From Minisyncoccota bacterium (lineage in GTDB: Bacteria > Patescibacteriota > Minisyncoccia > Moranbacterales > UBA1568): a stretch of 64,000 bases of DNA. Position 1 is the first letter of the stretch. Each line of letters opens with the position of its first letter. The stretch covers positions 8,361 through 72,360 of the forward strand of contig JBPPMJ010000006.1 of assembly GCA_051306005.1 (NCBI GenBank). The letters run 5' to 3'. Below the pieces are notes generated by a model. It was given only the letters and a program-made list of their open reading frames with translations, did no database searches and was not told the DNA's origin. The translations under genes and the position numbers were made by a program. Shown here piece by piece: positions 58,383 through 64,000 of this stretch.

Positions 58383-61300
58383 ATGGAAAATATTACCAAA
58401 GTCAGTGATTTCGATAGCGTGCGTCTGACACTCGCCAGTCCGGAGCAGATTGCCGAATGGTCACACGGTGAAGTGACCAAACCAGAAACTATCAATTATC
58501 GTACGCAACGTTATGAACCAGATGGTTTGTTTTGCGAGAAAATTTTTGGTCCGTCCAAGGATTGGGAATGTTATTGTGGCAAATACAAACGTATTCGTTA
58601 TAATGGTATCGTTTGTGATAAGTGTGGCGTTGAAGTAACACGTGCCATCGTGCGTCGTGAACGCATGGGACATATCAAGCTGGCAACACCAGTGTCACAC
58701 ATTTGGTTTTTGCGAGGTGTTCCATCTAAAATTGGTTTGGTATTGGGTATTTCACCGCAAGACTTGGAACGTGTCATTTATTTCTCCGCATATATCATCA
58801 TGGAGGTTAATGAACCGCTCAAGGCACAAGCAATCGATCAACTGGAAAAAGAATACAAAACGAAGCAGAAAGAGTTGAAAACGCAAGAGCGTGATGCAAA
58901 AGCTTACGATGCAGTGTTAGATGAATTGAAAGAACAGTACCGCACAACCAAGGAAGAGATGCGTAGTCTGCGTCCACACCAGATTCTCTCAGAGGTGGAT
59001 TATTTCAATCTTTCGAGTCGTTTTGGACAAATTTTTACCGCCGGCATAGGCGCGGAAGCAGTGCGCAAAATTTTGGAAAAGATTGATATCAAGAAACAAC
59101 TGGAAATTCTCAAAGAAGAGCTGACAAACGATGAAAGCGTTGATCAAAAGAAACTGTTGCAACGCTTGAAAGTTTATCAGGGATTTGACAAAGCGAAACT
59201 TGGTTTGGCGTGGATGTTACCGACAGCTATTCCGGTTATTCCGCCGGATTTGCGTCCGATGGTTGCTCTGGATGGGGGGCGTTTCGCTACCTCTGATCTC
59301 AATGATCTCTATCGTCGTATCATAAATCGCAACAATCGTTTGAAAAAACTGTTGGCGATTGGGGCACCAGAAGTGATTACGCGCAATGAAAAACGTATGT
59401 TGCAGGAAGCGGTAGACGCCCTGTTTGATAACAGTGCTCGTCGTGGACAAGCCTCAACTGCAGCATCAACTGGTCAGCGCCGCCCCCTGCGCTCCTTGGC
59501 GGATGCTTTGAAAGGCAAGCAGGGACGTTTCCGTCAAAATCTTTTGGGAAAACGTGTCGATTATTCTGGACGTTCCGTTATTGTCGTCGGTCCGAATTTG
59601 AAACTGCATCAGTGCGGTCTGCCGAAAAAAATGGCATTGGAATTGTTCAAGCCTTTTATCATCAACAAGTTGATTGACAAGGAATACGCTCATAACGTAC
59701 GCACCGCAGGACGTATGGTGGATGGAGAAACGGAGGAGGCATACGAAATCTTAGATGAAATAATTGGACAGCACTATGTGCTTCTGAATCGTGCTCCGAC
59801 TCTGCACCGCCTCTCTATTCAGGCTTTTCAGCCGGTCTTGATTGAGGGTAAAGCTATTCGTTTGCATCCGATGGTATGTTCTGCGTTTAATGCTGACTTT
59901 GATGGTGACCAGATGGCAGTTCATGTGCCTTTGACGGATCAAGCGCGTCATGAAAGCGCGACTATTATGTTGTCTTCTAAAAACCTTTTGAAACCAGCAT
60001 CTGGAGAACCGATTGTAACGGCAACGTTAGATATGGTATTGGGTGCCTATTATTTGACCCATATCAAACCAGGAGGCAAAGGAAAAGGAAAAATTTTTGG
60101 TTCGATGGATGAAGCTATTCTGGCGCATCAAAATGAAATTGTGGACATCAACACAGCAGTGAAATTATCTTTCCGGGGAGAAATTATTGATACCTCTGTC
60201 GGACGAATTTTGTTGAATGATATCTTGCCAGAAAGTTTGCAATTTATCAATACTGAAATGATCAAAAAAGATCTTAAGGTCATTATGTCGCGTATCCTGG
60301 AAACACTCGGACAAGATGAAGCTGCCAAGTTTGCTGATCGTCTGAAGGATTTGGCTTTTCGTTCCGTCTCTCGTTCGGGTATCAGTTGGGGAATGGATGA
60401 CTTGATCGTACCGAAAGAAAAAGTAGGATACATCACCGCTGCAGAAATTCGTGTAAAAGAGGTAAAGGAGCAGTATAATACGGGACTTCTCACTAATGAA
60501 GAGCGTCGCAATCGTGTGATTGAAATCTGGAATGAGACGAAGAATCAGATTACTGATGCCGTGCGTTTGCACTTGGACAAAGAAGGACCAGTACATGCTA
60601 TGGTGTATTCCAAGGCACGCGGTTCCGAATCTGTCGTGGTGCAGATGACTGGTATGAAAGGATTGATGGCGGGACCGACGGGAGAAACGATTGAATTACC
60701 GGTCAAAAGCTCATTTAAAGAAGGTTTCAACGTGTTGGAATACTTCATTTCTACTCATGGTGCTCGTAAAGGTATGGCTGATACCGCTTTGCGTACGGCG
60801 ACTGCCGGTTATTTGACACGTCGCTTGGTGGATGTGTCACAAGATATCATCGTGCGTGAAGAGGATTGTGAAGATACTGAAGGTGTGTATCTTTATCGTG
60901 ACGATTCCGATGCCATCGGACAAAGTTACGCTGTTCGTGTGGAGGGGCGTACCGCAATAGAAACAGTGAAAGATACGGAAACGAAAGAAATTATTGTGAA
61001 AAAAGGAAACCTCATTTCTCAGGAACAGAGTCGACGTATCGAAGCGAACAAGAATTTGCTCAGAGTGAAAATTCGTTCTCTGGTGACTTGTAAATCTCGT
61101 CGTGGTGTCTGTCGCCTTTGCTACGGCATTGACTTGGGACGCAGTGCCTTGGTAGAACTGGGTGCTTCCGTCGGTGTCGTTGCCGCTCAGGCAATCGGTG
61201 AACCAGGAACACAGTTGACAATGCGCACGTTTCACGTTGGAGGTGTTGCTGGATCGGATATTACGCAAGGTTTGCCTCGCGTTGAAGAAATTTTTGAAGC

Positions 61301-61976
61301 GCGTATTCCAAAAACTGAAGCGATTCTCGCCGATATGGACGGACAAGTGACTCAGATTACCAAAGAAAGTGGCAAGGTGGTGAAAATAACCGTGGAAGGA
61401 AGTGACAAAAAGTCCTATGAATATCAGGCGCCGGCCAATGTGGCTCTACGAGTCAAAGAAGGTGATCTCATTGGTGTCGGTTCTATATTGTCCGAAGGCC
61501 ATCTGGATCTTCACAAGTTGTTTACAGTGATGGGTCAAGAAGCTGTTCATCGCTATATCGTGCGTGAGATTGAAGAAATTTACGCTGCCCAGGGTGAAGG
61601 TATCAACGACAAGCATATCGAAGTCATTATTCGCCAGATGCTCTCCCGTATCCGTGTGACTGATCCGGGTGATACGATGTTGCTCCCGGGTGATATCGTC
61701 GAAAAAGACCAGTTCTTGGAATCGAACGAAGAAGTGCTCGGTACTGGTGGGCGTGAAGCAACTGGTGAAGCGATGGTGCTTGGTATTACCAAAGTGGCAT
61801 TGTCTACGGAATCTTTCCTCTCTGCCGCGTCCTTTATGGAAACTGCTCGTGTCCTTATCAATGCTGCCATCGCCGGCAAAGAAGACCGTCTGCGTGGTTT
61901 GAAAGAAAATGTTATCATCGGACGCCTCATCCCGGCTGGTACCGGCTACCGCGGACCGAAGACAGAAAAAGTATAG
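58383..61976 (+). CDS. rpoC: DNA-directed RNA polymerase subunit beta'
   Basis: 1197 aa. Zn-binding [20 protein letters not shown] and catalytic [14 protein letters not shown]. Confidence 0.97.
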   Translation: MENITKVSDFDSVRLTLASPEQIAEWSHGEVTKPETINYRTQRYEPDGLFCEKIFGPSKDWECYCGKYKRIRYNGIVCDKCGVEVTRAIVRRERMGHIKLATPVSHIWFLRGVPSKIGLVLGISPQDLERVIYFSAYIIMEVNEPLKAQAIDQLEKEYKTKQKELKTQERDAKAYDAVLDELKEQYRTTKEEMRSLRPHQILSEVDYFNLSSRFGQIFTAGIGAEAVRKILEKIDIKKQLEILKEELTNDESVDQKKLLQRLKVYQGFDKAKLGLAWMLPTAIPVIPPDLRPMVALDGGRFATSDLNDLYRRIINRNNRLKKLLAIGAPEVITRNEKRMLQEAVDALFDNSARRGQASTAASTGQRRPLRSLADALKGKQGRFRQNLLGKRVDYSGRSVIVVGPNLKLHQCGLPKKMALELFKPFIINKLIDKEYAHNVRTAGRMVDGETEEAYEILDEIIGQHYVLLNRAPTLHRLSIQAFQPVLIEGKAIRLHPMVCSAFNADFDGDQMAVHVPLTDQARHESATIMLSSKNLLKPASGEPIVTATLDMVLGAYYLTHIKPGGKGKGKIFGSMDEAILAHQNEIVDINTAVKLSFRGEIIDTSVGRILLNDILPESLQFINTEMIKKDLKVIMSRILETLGQDEAAKFADRLKDLAFRSVSRSGISWGMDDLIVPKEKVGYITAAEIRVKEVKEQYNTGLLTNEERRNRVIEIWNETKNQITDAVRLHLDKEGPVHAMVYSKARGSESVVVQMTGMKGLMAGPTGETIELPVKSSFKEGFNVLEYFISTHGARKGMADTALRTATAGYLTRRLVDVSQDIIVREEDCEDTEGVYLYRDDSDAIGQSYAVRVEGRTAIETVKDTETKEIIVKKGNLISQEQSRRIEANKNLLRVKIRSLVTCKSRRGVCRLCYGIDLGRSALVELGASVGVVAAQAIGEPGTQLTMRTFHVGGVAGSDITQGLPRVEEIFEARIPKTEAILADMDGQVTQITKESGKVVKITVEGSDKKSYEYQAPANVALRVKEGDLIGVGSILSEGHLDLHKLFTVMGQEAVHRYIVREIEEIYAAQGEGINDKHIEVIIRQMLSRIRVTDPGDTMLLPGDIVEKDQFLESNEEVLGTGGREATGEAMVLGITKVALSTESFLSAASFMETARVLINAAIAGKEDRLRGLKENVIIGRLIPAGTGYRGPKTEKV

Positions 61977-61997
61977 TCACTTGCATGTGCTTAGCTT

Positions 61998-62036
61998 CAA
62001 ACAACCTCGCCACAAGGTGGGGTTGTTTGTTTGTGA
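61998..62036 (+). terminator. intrinsic terminator after rpoC
   Basis: caaacaacc...ggttgtttg stem with inner ccac-aa-ggtgg, followed by tttgtttgtg. Confidence 0.55.
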
Positions 62037-62266
62037 GCAAAGGGTTGGAGTGAGAGAATGTGTGTAAGGAGTTGCGTGACTGGTAACTATTCATAACACA
62101 ATAATATGCTAAAAAAACAGCGGACAACAGCGTGCACACAAATCAGAAGAGGAAAGGTCCATCTGTTATCCAGGAGCGACGTATATTATCTCGGTGAAAT
62201 GAATCAGGAACAACAGTGAGGATAATGAACTGAATCAGCGGAGTTTCTGGCACTGGGCTCTCAGAT

Positions 62267-63064
62267 ATGTCCCTGGTGTATACTGAATTGATGAAGAGAA
62301 ATGCGATCATTATGGTTGGTATTTTGGCGCTTGCGTTGGTGAGCGTGGCAGGTTTTGTGGTGTTCGGAAAGAAATCGACGATACAGAGAGGGTGCACGAT
62401 GGAGGCGAAGCTGTGTCCGGATGGATCAGCGGTGGGACGGAGCGGACATCGGTGTGCGTTTGCGCCGTGTCCTGACGGAGGAACATCACAGAATGGGAAT
62501 GATGATGCGAGCGAGGAACAACCACAATCTCAACCACAGCTACGAAACAGTGATGTTCTTGCCTTGCCACTCAGCCGTGCGGACGAGCGCGTGACCAAGA
62601 AACAATTTGGCATTTTTATTGATCCGGAGACGTCTCCGATCCAGCCCGAGCGATTCCGCGGGTATCATACTGGGGTGGATTTTGAGACGTTTGCCGATGA
62701 GGCATTGGCGGATGTACCAGTTGTGGCGATATGCGGTGGTGAAGTGATTGTCAAACAGAGAGTTCCTGGTTATGGAGGTGTCTTGGTGACACGCTGTACA
62801 TTCGGAGGTGAGCCGGTGACAGTCGTCTATGGACATCTCGCGCTCGACAGTGTCAGCGTGAAAATCAAAGAGAGCGTGGCGCCAGGAGAACAGCTGGGCA
62901 TTCTTGGCACGACAGGGAGCCGTGATACCGATGGTGAGCGCAAGCACTTGCATCTTGGTATTCACCTTGGGAGCGTTGTCAATATGTTCGGTTACGTTGC
63001 TGACAGAGCGAGTCTCTCGGACTGGATCGATGCCTGTCGCTTCGTCTGTGCCAGACCGGAATGA
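62267..63064 (+). CDS. M23-family peptidoglycan metalloendopeptidase (N-terminal TM)
   Basis: YHTGVDFE, VYGHL and HLHLGIHLG match the M23 HxxxD/HxH zinc motifs. Confidence 0.8.
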   Translation: MSLVYTELMKRNAIIMVGILALALVSVAGFVVFGKKSTIQRGCTMEAKLCPDGSAVGRSGHRCAFAPCPDGGTSQNGNDDASEEQPQSQPQLRNSDVLALPLSRADERVTKKQFGIFIDPETSPIQPERFRGYHTGVDFETFADEALADVPVVAICGGEVIVKQRVPGYGGVLVTRCTFGGEPVTVVYGHLALDSVSVKIKESVAPGEQLGILGTTGSRDTDGERKHLHLGIHLGSVVNMFGYVADRASLSDWIDACRFVCARPE

Positions 63065-63169
63065 TGATAGAAAGGTGGTCGGCAAGCATGTCTCTCCCGC
63101 TTTGAATGATGATGGCTTGGTGTGATATACTGATGGGTATTGGAACAAAAATTAACGGGCTGATTTTTT

Positions 63170-64000
63170 ATGGGACGGAAGAAAAAAGCAGAGGAGAAAG
63201 ATAACGGGTTCATGTTTGAAGATATTTTGCACAGTGATGCCAAGCGGAGCATCATGGCAGTTTTTTTGTTCGCACTTTCATTACTTTTTCTCTTGGCGTA
63301 TTTTGATACCGCTGGGGTGCTAGGCGAGTGGTTGGATATGGGACTCGGGATGTTGCTCGGCTTTGGAAAATGGCTTCTTCCATTGCTTCTGATCATTGCC
63401 GGTCTGCTGTTTCTGAAGCGACGGACGACAACACTGGCGGACGCGGTCAAGTTCATCGGATTGGCCATGAGCTTCATTTCTGTACTGGGTATTTTGCATG
63501 TGTATAGTGGAGATGAGACATCCGAGCTATGGGAAGTTGTCAAGTCTGGAGAAGGCGGTGGGTTTATCGGTTTTGTTTTAGCGTATCTGTTGGTCAATTT
63601 TACTGGCAAGATTGCGGGAACAATTTTATTGTTGGCATTGTGTGTGACGGGTGTTATAGCAGCTTTCAATATGTCACTCATTCATTTTATCGAGCGTCTG
63701 CAAGCGCGTTTGTCAGTGTTGCGCACAAAACAAAAAGAAGAACAATCCATACAAGGGCATGAAGAGACGGGTATTGAGACCAATGAAAAAGCGGAACCTG
63801 TCGTAATAAAATCACCAGCGATAGTAGAAACAATTGAAGCTATCGACTCCTTGGAGGCACATAATATCCGTAAGATGAATTTTCAGAACGATGTATCAGA
63901 TGATGAAAAGCAAAATGATGGTCAGGTGCGTCAAAAACCAACGCGCCCAAAACAGATGAAGAAACACCGAGTGACGACGCAATGGACATTACCATCAGTC
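63170..64000 (+). CDS. ftsK: DNA translocase FtsK, N-terminal membrane domain (partial; runs off the window)
   Basis: ATG 63170. Four TM segments typical of FtsK_4TM then a charged linker. No stop before the window end. Confidence 0.7.
   Translation, partial: MGRKKKAEEKDNGFMFEDILHSDAKRSIMAVFLFALSLLFLLAYFDTAGVLGEWLDMGLGMLLGFGKWLLPLLLIIAGLLFLKRRTTTLADAVKFIGLAMSFISVLGILHVYSGDETSELWEVVKSGEGGGFIGFVLAYLLVNFTGKIAGTILLLALCVTGVIAAFNMSLIHFIERLQARLSVLRTKQKEEQSIQGHEETGIETNEKAEPVVIKSPAIVETIEAIDSLEAHNIRKMNFQNDVSDDEKQNDGQVRQKPTRPKQMKKHRVTTQWTLPSV

Noticed and set aside
54934-61976. Numerous 60-160-aa antisense/alternative-frame ORFs inside rpoB, rpoC, infB, thrS and the P-type ATPase
   Set aside because: They sit entirely within strongly supported conserved genes and have no RBS or motif. 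These are standard shadow ORFs.
1-64000. CRISPR arrays, rRNA genes, transposases/integrases
   Set aside because: No direct-repeat/spacer periodicity, no rRNA-like conserved blocks, and no DDE/tyrosine/serine recombinase-like ORFs were seen anywhere in the window.

Overview
This 64-kb window looks like a low-GC (about 40%) chromosomal segment of a small-genome bacterium, probably candidate phyla radiation (CPR)/Patescibacteria-like. That assignment is an inference from gene content: clustered TrbC/VirB2-like pilin paralogs, lamin-tail/PKD secreted protein, DUF4012, and many tiny membrane proteins. Protein coding is dense and mostly housekeeping. Plus-strand genes include rsuA/rluB-like, typA/bipA, nusA, ppa, tig, clpP, rny, hup, yvcK-like, a P-type ATPase, rpoB, rpoC, an M23 peptidase and the ftsK 5' end. 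Minus-strand genes include infB, a CCA-adding enzyme, gpmI and thrS. I read five tRNAs directly from the sequence: Leu-TAG, Ser-CGA, Pro-TGG, Gly-TCC and Gly-CCC. Three of them encode the 3' CCA and two do not. The most unusual structure is a ~6.7-kb, markedly AT-rich island of ten small plus-strand genes at 43.5-50.0 kb, sitting immediately 3' of tRNA-Gly(CCC). The island opens with an XRE regulator, is made up mostly of membrane proteins, and includes a candidate HEPN-motif protein. It is bracketed by a pair of ~226-bp GC-rich imperfect inverted repeats (43277-43502 and 50271-50497). Each repeat carries nested long-range stems with wobble-compatible substitutions between the two copies. Just inside the right repeat is a ~100-nt segment homologous to the 3' part of a GC-rich structured non-coding locus at 14.4-14.8 kb. 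On the minus strand that locus begins with a tmRNA-like GGGGG...GAATCGACG tRNA-like-domain signature, directly downstream of tRNA-Ser. I could not find a canonical tmRNA 3' end or tag frame, so this assignment is only moderately supported. Other points of interest are a cluster of five TrbC/VirB2-type pilin paralogs at 19.1-21.6 kb, near-consensus sigma70-like promoters followed directly by hairpin-plus-T-run leader structures upstream of nusA and typA, and a 43-bp direct duplication of the XRE gene 3' end that brackets a zinc-ribbon membrane-protein cassette. I saw no CRISPR array, rRNA, transposase or integrase. Product calls rest on motif recognition by eye; no database search was possible.
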